Below, piece after piece: positions 1-8,867 of a stretch of DNA of 32,239 bases. Every line of letters begins with the position of its first letter. Within the stretch, counting starts at the first letter, position 1. The position numbers and the translations under genes were made by a program. The notes under the pieces are model-generated. The model saw nothing but the letters and a program-made list of their open reading frames with translations, ran no database searches and was not told the origin of the DNA. The DNA comes from a virus (lineage: Duplodnaviria; Heunggongvirae; Uroviricota; Caudoviricetes): IMG/VR virus record IMGVR_UViG_2645727843_000011. One strand, written 5' to 3'.

Positions 1-219
1 TTACATCCACATAATTTGCTGCCCTGACGGCAACGGGTGCGGCCTTACGGCGTGGACTTCTCCCGGCTTCACGATGTATCGCTGTACCGACTCATAAGTG
101 ATGAACGTGGCGCTGCAATTCACGTTCTGACACTGGTGATAACGCTCTTTTGTCGTGTCAGTGATATAGCGGCTTGTACGCGCATGTGCGGCATGCTGGC
201 ATAAAGGACAATGAAACAT
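1..219 (-). CDS. ogr: Late gene transcription activator Ogr (zinc-finger), 72 aa
   Basis: Translation from ATG at 217..219 gives MFHCPLCQHAAHARTSRY...QQIMWM, matching recalled P2 Ogr with its Cys motifs; GAGGTG RBS upstream; the longer ORF in the track (to 282) is an upstream in-frame extension. Confidence 0.9.
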   Translation of the reverse strand: MFHCPLCQHAAHARTSRYITDTTKERYHQCQNVNCSATFITYESVQRYIVKPGEVHAVRPHPLPSGQQIMWM

Positions 220-300
220 CGCGAGCACCTCTTCCGGTTTTGTTGATGGTGCCATTTTAGTTAATTTATCCTTATAAAACAAACAGATAAAATAAAAACA
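220..300 (-). promoter_or_regulatory. Putative ogr promoter region (intergenic D stop to ogr start)
   Basis: 81-bp non-coding gap upstream of ogr; in P2 ogr has its own promoter (established knowledge); no motif confirmed here. Confidence 0.3.
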
Positions 301-1464
301 TCACTCATCATCTTCTGTTTCGTACTCCACATCAGAAAGCCTGACCTCAAGCTCTAAGGACGTCGTGAAGCCGCTATTATTCAGAAAATGTGTCACCTTA
401 GTGATTGTCCAGTCCTGCTCGTCTATGACGCGCTTAAAGCCTGACACTTTGACCGGCGTTTCCGTGTAAATATCTGCCCGACCAGTAGCCAGACTGATGG
501 AGAACTCCGCAACGCCCCGTTGCAGCTTATCCCACTTTGCCTGAGCGGCGCGCATGGCCTGCGCTTTTGTGGCATATACCGTAGTCAGGGCAAAAACGTT
601 GTCAGCTTCACCGGCCATGTATTCACCTTCGCGCGCTTCCGGTACTTTTGGCGCTTTCTTCTGCGTGACCGGTTTCGCTTTGGGGTGCTCCAGTGCGCGC
701 AGGTGTTTCTCTTTCTTTTTGCGTTTCAGTTTTACCTTCTGCTTTTGCGGCTTCGGGTCTTTGGTGTGTAACCACTTTGCCGTTACGCCGGTGTAAGCTC
801 CACGGTCAGCAATCGCAAAATGATGACGGTCGCCGTCGCTGCGGGTGATGGTAATCTGCGGGATTTTTTTACCGCTGGCCGTCACCCCCTGCCCCGCTTT
901 GAGAAACAGCAGTTTTCCCATTTTTACCGACACCTCACCGCCGTTGCGTTCTGCAAGACGGGTCAGGAATTTCGCATCAGACTCCTGCGACTGGTCGATG
1001 TGCGGGATTTTAATTCCGGCCAGTGACGGAGCGACACTGGCTTCCAGCCTGTTACGGGAGGCTATCGCCTCAACAATCGCACCGAGCGTGGTGTCATGCC
1101 ATGACCCTTCACGGCGGGAATTGAGCGTCCCGCGAAAATCTGCACTCCGGGCGCGGATGGTGACCACATCCGGTGCGCCCCGGTGTTCAACCTCATCAAC
1201 GGTAAATTTCCCTTTGCATACCAGGGCAAAACCTTTCCAGCCGATATACACCGTCAGAACAGCACCACGAACCGGCAGTTCGACCTGCCCGTCGGCATCG
1301 TTCAGTTCAATATCAAGCTGGTCAGCCTCAAAGCCCCGGTTATCCGTCAGGGTCATGCTCATCAGACGGTCGCTGATATTGCCGGTAATATCCCTGCTGT
1401 CGAGCATCAGCATGTAATCCGGCGTCAGCGTACTGCCTGCATCAAATGTCAGCGCATCCAGCAT
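301..1464 (-). CDS. D: Tail protein gpD, 387 aa
   Basis: 387-aa ORF, ATG start at 1462..1464, position between U and ogr; translation recognised as P2 gpD-like. Confidence 0.9.
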   Translation of the reverse strand: MLDALTFDAGSTLTPDYMLMLDSRDITGNISDRLMSMTLTDNRGFEADQLDIELNDADGQVELPVRGAVLTVYIGWKGFALVCKGKFTVDEVEHRGAPDVVTIRARSADFRGTLNSRREGSWHDTTLGAIVEAIASRNRLEASVAPSLAGIKIPHIDQSQESDAKFLTRLAERNGGEVSVKMGKLLFLKAGQGVTASGKKIPQITITRSDGDRHHFAIADRGAYTGVTAKWLHTKDPKPQKQKVKLKRKKKEKHLRALEHPKAKPVTQKKAPKVPEAREGEYMAGEADNVFALTTVYATKAQAMRAAQAKWDKLQRGVAEFSISLATGRADIYTETPVKVSGFKRVIDEQDWTITKVTHFLNNSGFTTSLELEVRLSDVEYETEDDE

Positions 1465-1943
1465 TATCCCGCCCCCGTCATACCCGTGAATCTGGTCGCC
1501 ACACTGCCAGCCTTACCGATGAGCGATTCCGCCTGTTTACCGATATCGCCATAAAGCGCGGCCAGTGATTCATCCACGCGGGTGAGCGACAGCGTAAAAT
1601 CAATTTTCCGGGGTGTGCCGTCTGCAAAGAAAATACTCCCTGTTTCACTCACCCTGCTGATGACATACATGCCGTAAATCATGCCGGTGCCATCCAGCAA
1701 CGGCCACGCCCGGCCTTCCTCTGCCATCAGCCTGAGCGTGGTCATCGTCAGCTTCCCGCCGGTCAGTTCGGGATAAAGCACGCCGGCAAGCGTCATGTTT
1801 TCCTCACCCACACCGAGAAACTGAAAGGCATCCCGTTTACCGATACGGGAATTTGACGGCCAGCGATAATCTGATTCACGCTGCATGGTCTGGTGTGGCA
1901 GCGTCTGGCGCATAAAAACAAACATACCTAACGCGAGCATCAT
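1464..1943 (-). CDS. U: Tail protein gpU, 159 aa
   Basis: 159-aa ORF with ATG start; synteny T-U-D; length matches recalled P2 gpU. Confidence 0.88.
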   Translation of the reverse strand: MMLALGMFVFMRQTLPHQTMQRESDYRWPSNSRIGKRDAFQFLGVGEENMTLAGVLYPELTGGKLTMTTLRLMAEEGRAWPLLDGTGMIYGMYVISRVSETGSIFFADGTPRKIDFTLSLTRVDESLAALYGDIGKQAESLIGKAGSVATRFTGMTGAG

Positions 1944-1957
1944 TTTTCGTCACCTCC

Positions 1958-4405
1958 TTAACCGTCATGCATCATGCTGGCACGGGCACGCGCACGTTTA
2001 TCCCGCTCGTATTTTTCGAGCGCATCCTGTAACTGGCGGTCAAGCTGTGTCCCCGGCGCAGTACCACCCGTCAGGCTGATGTGATATTCGTTTTTACTCT
2101 GGTCCACATAAGAGCGGCCAGCCAGTGCCGTGACTGGCTGATAAGCCTGATAGCCTGCATAAGAGCTGGTCGCCGGAATATAACCACCGGTGCCATACGT
2201 GGCGGCATGAGTTCTGGCGGCGGTCTGGTCAAGTGTGTCTGACTCTTTGTTGATGACCCCGAGCTTTTCCAGTACCCAGTCAATACCGCTGCGCAGTTTG
2301 TTGAACGCATTAAGCGGCAGCATCAGCGCGTCAGCCAGTGCCTGCCCGAACATGACGCCCGTGTCACGGCAACGGTTCAGGGTGTCCTGGGTGGCTTTAA
2401 CCGGGGCAATCAGGTTTTTAAACCACTGCCACGCGGCCTGTAACTTTTCACCCAGCCAGTCAAACAGCGGCTTAAGTGGCGTGAACAGTTCCCCCACCGG
2501 CGCAAATGCCGCTTTCAGCCCTTCAACCACACCGCCAAAGAATGCGCTGACAGGCTCCCAGTATTTACGGATAAGTAACGCCCCGGCGACAATAGCGGCC
2601 ACCACGGCCACAACCGGCCAGCTAATCGCCCCGATGGCCGTCATAACGGCACTGCCAACCGTCGTGAAGATTGCCCCCATTGCGCCTGCTGCCGCGATGA
2701 TGGCATTGATGCCGGTGATAACCGGCCAGGCGACAAGACCAATGGCACCGATGATGCCAGTAAGCGCCAGCGCGCCACCGGCAATGAGGCCAATGGTTGA
2801 CGCCAGTGATTTGTTTTTCTGTATCCAGCCGTCGAGTTTTAACACATACTTTGTGGCCGTCTGTGTGAGCTTACGCAGTGCGCCTTCCTGCTGGTCAAAC
2901 AGGTCAGTCCCCACCGCCTCATAAGCGGACTGAAACTCCTTAAAGTCACCGCCGAGGTTGTCCTGCATGATATTTACCAGCTCTGCGGTCTTCCCGTCTG
3001 AGGCTTTAAACGCAGCGGTCAGTTTGTCCAGCTTTCCGGTTGAGGCGGCAGTCATCAGCACGGCGGCGGCTGAGCTGGCCTCCTCCCCGAAAATAGTTTT
3101 CATGTATTCAGCCTGCTGGGCAGTACCGAGCCGGTTTTTCTCAAAACTGGCCTGCATTTCTTTCAGAATGGTAAATACTGGTCGGGTGTTTCCCTTGCTG
3201 TCTGAGGTTTTCACACCAAGCTCTTTCAGTGCATCCCACGCTTTTCCCGTCGGTGCCTGCAGGCGGCTTAACACGGCACGGCTTCCCGTCCCCGCCATTG
3301 AGCCTGTGATTTTTGCATCATGCAGCGCCCCGACCATTGCGGCGGTTTCTTCAATGCTGACACCGGCATTTTTTGCCACAGGTGCGGCATAGGTCAGCGC
3401 ATCGCTCATGCCGTCAAAATCGGCGGCGGTTTTGTTCATCGTCATGGAGAGAACATCCCCGATATGAGCGACCTTATCGTTTGAAAGCTGAAAGGCGGAT
3501 TTCATCCCCATCAGCAGGGCGGCGTTTTCTTCCATCGTGCGACGGTTCGCCAGCGCCATATTCAGCGTGACCGGCGTTGCCGCCTGAATGGCATCAACAT
3601 CCCCACCGGCTTTTGCAATGATAATCTGCGCACCGGCTGCATCATCCGCCGAGGCGGCGGTGTTGTCGCCGAGCTGGCGCGCCTGTTTGCGGAGCGCGGC
3701 CATTTCGGCGGAGTCTTTTGCCACGCCGAGCACAGCCTGTAATTCTGAGTTTTTCTGCGCAAACTCATAACCGGGCATCAGCAGCTTAACTCCGGCCATC
3801 GTTCCCGCCGCCGCAATCCCCACACCGGCAGCGCCCACTGAGGCCATATTTCCGGCCAGTTCCTTTCCGGCCTGATAACGCTGTTTGACTGCGTTAAGTT
3901 TTGCCTGTTGCGCACTGACACGCGCCAGCGCGTCACGCTGCCGGTTAAGCTGCGCGGTGGTTTCACTGATACGGTTTTTCAGCCCCTGCTCATCATGTGC
4001 AAGATTGCGGGTATTAATTCCCACAGCAGCCAGTTCCCGCTGCTGGCGTTTAACGGAATCCGTCAGGCGGTTATATTTCGCCTGTAAGTCCTCCGCCGCT
4101 CGCTTTGCGGATTCCAGCACTTTCGCCTGAGCACGGGTCGGACGTTCGGTATTTTTAAACTGTGTGGCAAGGGCTTCGGCTTCCAGCCGTGCCTTCTCAA
4201 GTGCATGACCAGTCACGGCGAGCTGTGCGCTGGTCTTGCGAAATCCCTCAATACGGGATGCGTGACCGTTCAGCTCGCGCAGTGATTTTTGTGTGTCCCG
4301 GATATCCCCCGACAGCGACTTGCTCGCTGTACGGATGGATTTAAACGGGCGGGATGCCTGGTCAACAGCCCTGAGCAATACCTGTAATTTTACATTGTTA
4401 CTCAT
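1958..4405 (-). CDS. T: Tail tape measure protein gpT, 815 aa
   Basis: 815-aa ORF, coiled-coil-rich N-terminal half and Ala/Gly-rich hydrophobic stretches typical of tape measure proteins; ATG at 4403..4405; follows E/E'. Confidence 0.9.
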   Translation of the reverse strand: MSNNVKLQVLLRAVDQASRPFKSIRTASKSLSGDIRDTQKSLRELNGHASRIEGFRKTSAQLAVTGHALEKARLEAEALATQFKNTERPTRAQAKVLESAKRAAEDLQAKYNRLTDSVKRQQRELAAVGINTRNLAHDEQGLKNRISETTAQLNRQRDALARVSAQQAKLNAVKQRYQAGKELAGNMASVGAAGVGIAAAGTMAGVKLLMPGYEFAQKNSELQAVLGVAKDSAEMAALRKQARQLGDNTAASADDAAGAQIIIAKAGGDVDAIQAATPVTLNMALANRRTMEENAALLMGMKSAFQLSNDKVAHIGDVLSMTMNKTAADFDGMSDALTYAAPVAKNAGVSIEETAAMVGALHDAKITGSMAGTGSRAVLSRLQAPTGKAWDALKELGVKTSDSKGNTRPVFTILKEMQASFEKNRLGTAQQAEYMKTIFGEEASSAAAVLMTAASTGKLDKLTAAFKASDGKTAELVNIMQDNLGGDFKEFQSAYEAVGTDLFDQQEGALRKLTQTATKYVLKLDGWIQKNKSLASTIGLIAGGALALTGIIGAIGLVAWPVITGINAIIAAAGAMGAIFTTVGSAVMTAIGAISWPVVAVVAAIVAGALLIRKYWEPVSAFFGGVVEGLKAAFAPVGELFTPLKPLFDWLGEKLQAAWQWFKNLIAPVKATQDTLNRCRDTGVMFGQALADALMLPLNAFNKLRSGIDWVLEKLGVINKESDTLDQTAARTHAATYGTGGYIPATSSYAGYQAYQPVTALAGRSYVDQSKNEYHISLTGGTAPGTQLDRQLQDALEKYERDKRARARASMMHDG

Positions 4406-4825
4406 TCGTGTTTCCGCTTCGCCGGAGCGCCTTTTCGCGCCATGTGATGAGTTCGGTCAGGCTCATGGGATACAGTTCTGATGGCGGCCAGTGAAATATC
4501 ACTGCCACATCCGCCATCAGGTCATCGACCGACAGATTTTTCGGAAACGTCACTGCACCGAGTTCGGCGACAAAAAACCGACCACCTTACCGGCCAGCGC
4601 CACAAGGTCAGGCAGTTCCAGCGCGGCGACTTCCTGCTCGGTCAGCATCGGTGCCGTCATGCGCGGCAGCACCTTAATCAGTGCATCGACTTCGGAGTTT
4701 GCAACCGCAGCCAGACTGACACCGCGCAGCGTCCCGGCATTGGGTTTCATCAGCGTGACCTGTTCGATAACCTGCTCACCACGTTTGACCGGATTTTCCA
4801 GGGTAATGACATTTTCTTTGTTCAT
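4398..4825 (-). CDS. E': gpE+E' frameshift-extended tail chaperone (-1 programmed frameshift at T-TTT-TTG, 4571..4577), predicted 142 aa
   Basis: Hand translation: - strand mRNA reads GGT TTT TTG TCG; after a -1 slip the frame stays open for 57 codons (VAELGAVTFPKNLSVDDLMADVAVIFHWPPSELYPMSLTELITWREKALRRSGNTNE) and stops at TAA 4398..4400, overlapping the T start codon; 85+57=142 aa. Confidence 0.75.
4550..4825 (-). CDS. E: Tail assembly chaperone gpE, 91 aa
   Basis: 91-aa ORF ending ...VGFLSPNSVQ with TGA at 4550..4552; ATG at 4823..4825; upstream of T as in P2. Confidence 0.88.
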   Translation of the reverse strand: MNKENVITLENPVKRGEQVIEQVTLMKPNAGTLRGVSLAAVANSEVDALIKVLPRMTAPMLTEQEVAALELPDLVALAGKVVGFLSPNSVQ

Positions 4826-4881
4826 GGTTTTCTCACTTCTGAATCAGGGTTAACCGGTCAGCCTGGCTGACCGTATGAAAA

Positions 4882-5400
4882 TCACAGGCCGATATTTCGG
4901 CGGTGTTGCTCCAGCCGGTCGACGCCGTTCACCTTCTCAATCATGTTGATGGTGTCGATTTCGACCAGCTCCTTACCGTCCATCGTCAGCCGGAAATAAG
5001 TACAAATCACCGGGAGTTTCGATTCGGTATCCTCTCCCTGTTTACCCTCTCCGGTGTCGACTTCTTTCTGACGCCCACGCATGACCACTTCGACGGCCAC
5101 CGTTTCGCCGGTATCGTCGCGCTGGTAAGAACCAGCAAAACGAATCGGTACGGCATCAGCACTGGTTGCAGCGTAAAGCTCCCAGATAACCGAATCCGGG
5201 AACCCCCCGAGCGACCACTCCATTGACAGCGCATCGTCATCAAGGCCGAGGTCTACCGGTGCGCTGCCGTTCATCCCCGCACCGCGATAATTTTCGAGCT
5301 TACGGGTCAGTTTTGGCAGCGTGACGGACGTTGCAACGCCCTGATAGCTGTAGCCGTTCAGAAAGACATTCATGTATTTGAGTTTGCGCGGCATTGCCAT
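4882..5400 (-). CDS. FII: Tail tube protein gpFII, 172 aa
   Basis: 172-aa ORF, ATG at 5398..5400, immediately downstream of FI as in P2. Confidence 0.9.
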   Translation of the reverse strand: MAMPRKLKYMNVFLNGYSYQGVATSVTLPKLTRKLENYRGAGMNGSAPVDLGLDDDALSMEWSLGGFPDSVIWELYAATSADAVPIRFAGSYQRDDTGETVAVEVVMRGRQKEVDTGEGKQGEDTESKLPVICTYFRLTMDGKELVEIDTINMIEKVNGVDRLEQHRRNIGL

Positions 5401-5412
5401 CGGTCAGGCTCC

Positions 5413-6603
5413 TTAATTGCTGTTAACCGAGGTGACCAGATTTGCCAGGTATTTATCGGTAATACGCTGGCGCAGGGTCAGGTTTTCGAGAGGAGGCACC
5501 GGGGTATAGTCGTAGTCGATATACAGTTTTCCGGCCTTGAGGGTTTCCGCATCGTTGGATTCTTCGCTGAACCAGCAGGTCGCATCCACGATATAGCCGT
5601 TTGTTTTCAGCTCTCGGAATTTGGCATTGATGCCGTCAACGATGTCGCGAATCAGCGTTGCGGTGATGGGCTTGTCCACCGCCCACATGTGCGCCTCAGC
5701 CATCGTGTCGGCCAGCACCTGCGCGGTGCGGGTGTAGTTTTCAAAGAGGAACAGCGGGTCATCAGAGCAGGTACGGTTACCCCAGAAGCGGAAACCGTCA
5801 CGGCGAATCAGCGTTGTGACGCCTGACTCGTTAAGCAGGTCAGCATCGGTGCCGGACTCCTGCAAATCCCAGAATACGGACGCGCTGATGCCGGTAACAC
5901 CGTTTACCCCGACGTTGGACAGCGTTTTATGCCAGCCCTGCTCCTGGTCGATTTTAGCGCGCAGACCCAGCGCACGGGCGGTGGCATACGCGGTGGCGGT
6001 GGTACTGGTGACCGTATCCCATGCGAGGAAATCCGGCCAGATGACCATCAGCTCACGCTGGCTGAAATTCTGGCGGTAGGCTTTCACCTCGGAAATGGTC
6101 TTACAGCCCCATGCGCTGATATATCCGAAAGCGCGCAGCTTCTGACAGACGGATGCCAGTGCAACAGCCACCTCTTTGGTATCCAGTCCCGGCACACCGA
6201 GAATACGCGGTTTAACACCGGTTACCGACTCCGCCGCCAGCAGGGCTTTTAGTCCGGTGTACTGACCGTTTTCGTCGGTAGTGCCGATGATATTGGAAAC
6301 GGTCTGCGCGAGTTTCGTTTCCTCGTCATCACCGGTGCCGTCTTCCACGCGCACGACAACGGTGACCGGTTTTGACTGGTCAGCGATGGCCTGCAACGAT
6401 GCCGCCAGCGTGCCTTTTTTACCGGCCTTTGCAATTGCGCTTTGCACATTGGTAATCAGCACCGGTTTATTGAGGGGGAAGGTTTCCGCATCCGCATCGC
6501 TGGCCGTGCAGACCATGCCGACAATGGCAGTGGATACGGTGGAAATGACGCGGGTGCCGTCGTTAATCTCCAGCACCTGCACGCCATGATGATAGTCACT
6601 CAT
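5413..6603 (-). CDS. FI: Contractile tail sheath protein gpFI, 396 aa
   Basis: 396-aa ORF beginning MSDYHHGVQVLEINDGTRVISTVSTA..., ATG at 6601..6603; length and position match P2 FI. Confidence 0.9.
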   Translation of the reverse strand: MSDYHHGVQVLEINDGTRVISTVSTAIVGMVCTASDADAETFPLNKPVLITNVQSAIAKAGKKGTLAASLQAIADQSKPVTVVVRVEDGTGDDEETKLAQTVSNIIGTTDENGQYTGLKALLAAESVTGVKPRILGVPGLDTKEVAVALASVCQKLRAFGYISAWGCKTISEVKAYRQNFSQRELMVIWPDFLAWDTVTSTTATAYATARALGLRAKIDQEQGWHKTLSNVGVNGVTGISASVFWDLQESGTDADLLNESGVTTLIRRDGFRFWGNRTCSDDPLFLFENYTRTAQVLADTMAEAHMWAVDKPITATLIRDIVDGINAKFRELKTNGYIVDATCWFSEESNDAETLKAGKLYIDYDYTPVPPLENLTLRQRITDKYLANLVTSVNSN

Positions 6604-6694
6604 CCGTTTAACTCCGTGGTTAATGGGTGCAACTATTTTCTGTTGTGCAGAGCATAAGACGCTATTTGACCTGGCTGGTCAGTGGATGAAACAA
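6604..6694 (-). promoter_or_regulatory. Putative late promoter region for the FI operon (PF-equivalent)
   Basis: Non-coding interval between the intrinsic terminator at 6695..6726 and the FI start; P2 has an Ogr-dependent late promoter upstream of FI (established knowledge); exact -10 and Ogr dyad not resolved by eye. Confidence 0.35.
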
Positions 6695-6726
6695 CAGATA
6701 AAGAAAAGGCGGGCAATTCGCCCGCC
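6695..6726 (-). terminator. Rho-independent terminator on the - strand upstream of FI
   Basis: On the - strand: GGCGGGC-GAATT-GCCCGCC followed by TTTTCTTTATCTG; perfect 7-bp GC stem and U-rich tail. Confidence 0.6.
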
Positions 6727-6786
6727 TGTCCTGATTTGTACTCACTCATTTTCCGCCTGACAATTTACATAGCCCAAATGCTATCA

Positions 6787-6802
6787 AATCTGACAGTCTG
6801 CT
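6787..6802 (+). repeat. Copy A of 16-bp site aatctgacagtctgct (putative recombinase site or cassette boundary)
   Basis: Exact 16-mer shared with the reverse complement of 9220..9235; 11-bp core ctgacagtctg shared with 9099..9109. Confidence 0.6.
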
Positions 6803-6933
6803 TTGAGCGAAAAGTGGACATTAGAGTTACAAAAGCAAGTTTAAATCATCCAAAATATTACAATGTCCTTATCTATCTGATATCGTTATGATAAAAAGCT
6901 CCTGAATATAATCGATAGTAGGTGGTTATTTCC

Positions 6934-7311
6934 ATGAAATCAATTTTAGAGGTTTTTACTCAAGGAAATACTAAAGAAAAACTGGCTGTTATCGCCGATC
7001 TCACAACCATTGCGGGAATATCGATTGCAACTATTATTGCTGGTTTGTTAACCCTAGTTGCAAAAACAGATAAACTAGATGTTGGAAATCTGTTTGGAGT
7101 TGTCATAATATCTCTGCTCGGATTGGCTGGTGTTTGCTGTTTTGTGGCCTTATTTATTTGGGTTATAACCCAAATGTCTAAACCATGGGGAACACCTCGG
7201 GGGGTTCAGCCCTTAGTTAAGTGTGCTATTTCCCTTATCTTTATCTGTATGTTTTTGCTGGCTGTCTTTACATTTTATGAGTTTATTTCTTCGATGAGCA
7301 TACGCTATTGA
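6934..7311 (+). CDS. Small hydrophobic membrane protein (about 125 aa, 3-4 predicted TM segments), cargo gene
   Basis: ORF 6922..7311 in the track begins with GTG; the first ATG at 6934 follows a GGTGG RBS with 8-nt spacing; translation is dominated by hydrophobic stretches (IAGISIATIIAGLLTLVA, GVVIISLLGLAGVCCFVALFIWVI, ISLIFICMFLLAVFTF); AT-rich. Confidence 0.6.
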   Translation: MKSILEVFTQGNTKEKLAVIADLTTIAGISIATIIAGLLTLVAKTDKLDVGNLFGVVIISLLGLAGVCCFVALFIWVITQMSKPWGTPRGVQPLVKCAISLIFICMFLLAVFTFYEFISSMSIRY

Positions 7312-7333
7312 ATATAAAATCAGCCCCCATAAC

Positions 7334-7918
7334 TTAAAAGAGACCTTCTATATCGACTTCAATGCCCAAATAACGGACTGTGCTTTCCAGTTTCTTATGG
7401 CCCAACAGAAGTTGGATCACCCAGAGACTCTTGGTTTTCTTGTAGATTAAGTAAGGTTTTGTTCTTCTCATGGAATGTGTGCTGTACAGCGAATCTTCGA
7501 GACCAAGCTTTTCTACCCACCCATGAAAAATTCGGTTGTATTGCCGGGTTGATATATGGTGGTTAGTTCCGACCCGAGAGCGGAACAGGAAGCCTTTACT
7601 ATGCCAGTTGCCGAGCTTTATCAATGCAGTAACCGCTTCCCTTGTCCCTTTGGTTATCTCAAATTGGACAGGGCTGCCGGTTTTCTGTTGCAACACCGTT
7701 GCTCTGCTTGAGACAGAACTGCCATATGCAGCATCTGATACTTTGAGTTTGACCAAATCACAGCCCCGTAGCTTAGTGTCCAAAGCCATGTTGAACAGAG
7801 CTAGATCGCGTGTTTTACCTTCCAACTCAAGTCTAATCCGGATCCCCCAGATATGAGATATCTGAAGTGGCCTTTTTTGACCGATGGTACGGTCTTTATT
7901 CCACGGTGACGTTTTCAT
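7334..7918 (-). CDS. Short tyrosine site-specific recombinase, FimB/FimE-like (about 194 aa from the ATG at 7918; the track ORF extends to 8020 from a TTG)
   Basis: Translation carries the tyrosine recombinase catalytic signature: Arg box (LDTKLRGCDLVKLKVSD), KTG lysine, HSMRRT (HxxR) and LLGH...TVRYL with the catalytic Tyr; size is that of FimB/FimE-type invertases rather than a 330-400 aa phage integrase; AGGAG RBS 9 nt before the ATG at 7916..7918. Confidence 0.7.
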   Translation of the reverse strand: MKTSPWNKDRTIGQKRPLQISHIWGIRIRLELEGKTRDLALFNMALDTKLRGCDLVKLKVSDAAYGSSVSSRATVLQQKTGSPVQFEITKGTREAVTALIKLGNWHSKGFLFRSRVGTNHHISTRQYNRIFHGWVEKLGLEDSLYSTHSMRRTKPYLIYKKTKSLWVIQLLLGHKKLESTVRYLGIEVDIEGLF

Positions 7919-7920
7919 AT

Positions 7921-7949
7921 TCAAATCTCCTGCAATGTGGGAGATTTGA
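7921..7949 (-). promoter_or_regulatory. RNA hairpin sequestering the recombinase Shine-Dalgarno
   Basis: 10-bp perfect inverted repeat tcaaatctcc (7921..7930) and ggagatttga (7940..7949) with a 9-nt loop; on the - strand mRNA the SD GGAG lies in the 3' arm, 2 nt before the ATG. Confidence 0.45.
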
Positions 7950-8024
7950 GTATGGTTGTCTCTCAAGAGCGAAAATAAGTCAACTATCACTAGTTGTTGC
8001 GCATGTACGTATTCTGTCAATTAA

Positions 8025-8867
8025 TTATTGACAATCATCAATTCTGGAATGATCAAAATCATCATATCGAATTATAGTCTGGTTGACTGTATCTATTGTT
8101 GGTGTCATTTCTGTTATAATATCCTGATAACCTAAAGAGTTAAATACATTTACTAAGGCCTCACACCGAAGGGCCGTAGCAATTACAAAATTATAAATTG
8201 CCAGCCGTTTATTTTCTTGTTTAACTGCAAGAATGAATTCGATAGAAGTATTTTCATCACTTTGGATTGCATTATATAGAGATACTATATTTACCATATC
8301 ATCAGAGAATGTATGTATTGAATCACAAAGGGGAACGTAATGGGCATGATAGTGTGTTTCCCAGCCAATTAATTCAAAAAGTTTTCTGGTTCCTGGATAT
8401 TCAGGTGTATTTGGCCACAATCTATTAAATAGATCAGTTAGTTCTTTTCCCATGCGAATCCTTTCATTTGCTGCTGGATTAGTCATTCCTTTGGATTTTA
8501 AACACTCCAGCCACCGTTTTCCATTACTATGAACTAATTTCTTACTAGCCTTGAGTAATGCTTGTGCATTTTCGCCATCATCTATTGCTATATAAAATTG
8601 ATTGGCAGCCTGTTCTATTATAACCCTAGCTAATACTTCCGATGCTGAAAAGGCTCCTATATTCAAAGAAGAGATAGCCTGATTACTAAGTTCATTCAGT
8701 ACATTAAAGTACTGTAAGACCATCAATTTTTGTTCCACACCCTTTAGGTTGTCTATTTTATTTTTATGCTCCTCAAATTTTGCATGGATATATTTATTTA
8801 TCGCGGCTATTTTTTTTACATCTTCGTCAAGATCAAACGGGCAACGTCCAAACAATTCTTTTTTCAT
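8025..8867 (-). CDS. Hypothetical protein, 280 aa, AT-rich cargo gene upstream of the recombinase
   Basis: 280-aa ORF, ATG at 8865..8867 with an AGGAG RBS; no family recognised by eye; same strand as the recombinase gene, which follows 106 bp downstream. Confidence 0.6.
   Translation of the reverse strand: MKKELFGRCPFDLDEDVKKIAAINKYIHAKFEEHKNKIDNLKGVEQKLMVLQYFNVLNELSNQAISSLNIGAFSASEVLARVIIEQAANQFYIAIDDGENAQALLKASKKLVHSNGKRWLECLKSKGMTNPAANERIRMGKELTDLFNRLWPNTPEYPGTRKLFELIGWETHYHAHYVPLCDSIHTFSDDMVNIVSLYNAIQSDENTSIEFILAVKQENKRLAIYNFVIATALRCEALVNVFNSLGYQDIITEMTPTIDTVNQTIIRYDDFDHSRIDDCQ

Noticed and set aside
220-282. Upstream 21-codon extension of the ogr ORF in the six-frame track
   Set aside because: The known Ogr N-terminus (MFHCPLCQ...) begins at the ATG at 217..219, which has a proper RBS; the extension would give a 93-aa protein inconsistent with the 72-aa Ogr.
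845-1417. 190-aa + strand ORF inside the D gene
   Set aside because: Antisense to a well-supported late gene in a GC-rich region; Ser/Arg/Pro-rich low-complexity translation; no RBS; typical spurious antisense ORF.
2235-2924. 229-aa + strand ORF inside the tape measure gene T
   Set aside because: Antisense to T; low-complexity Ala/Ser/Pro-rich translation; no independent support.
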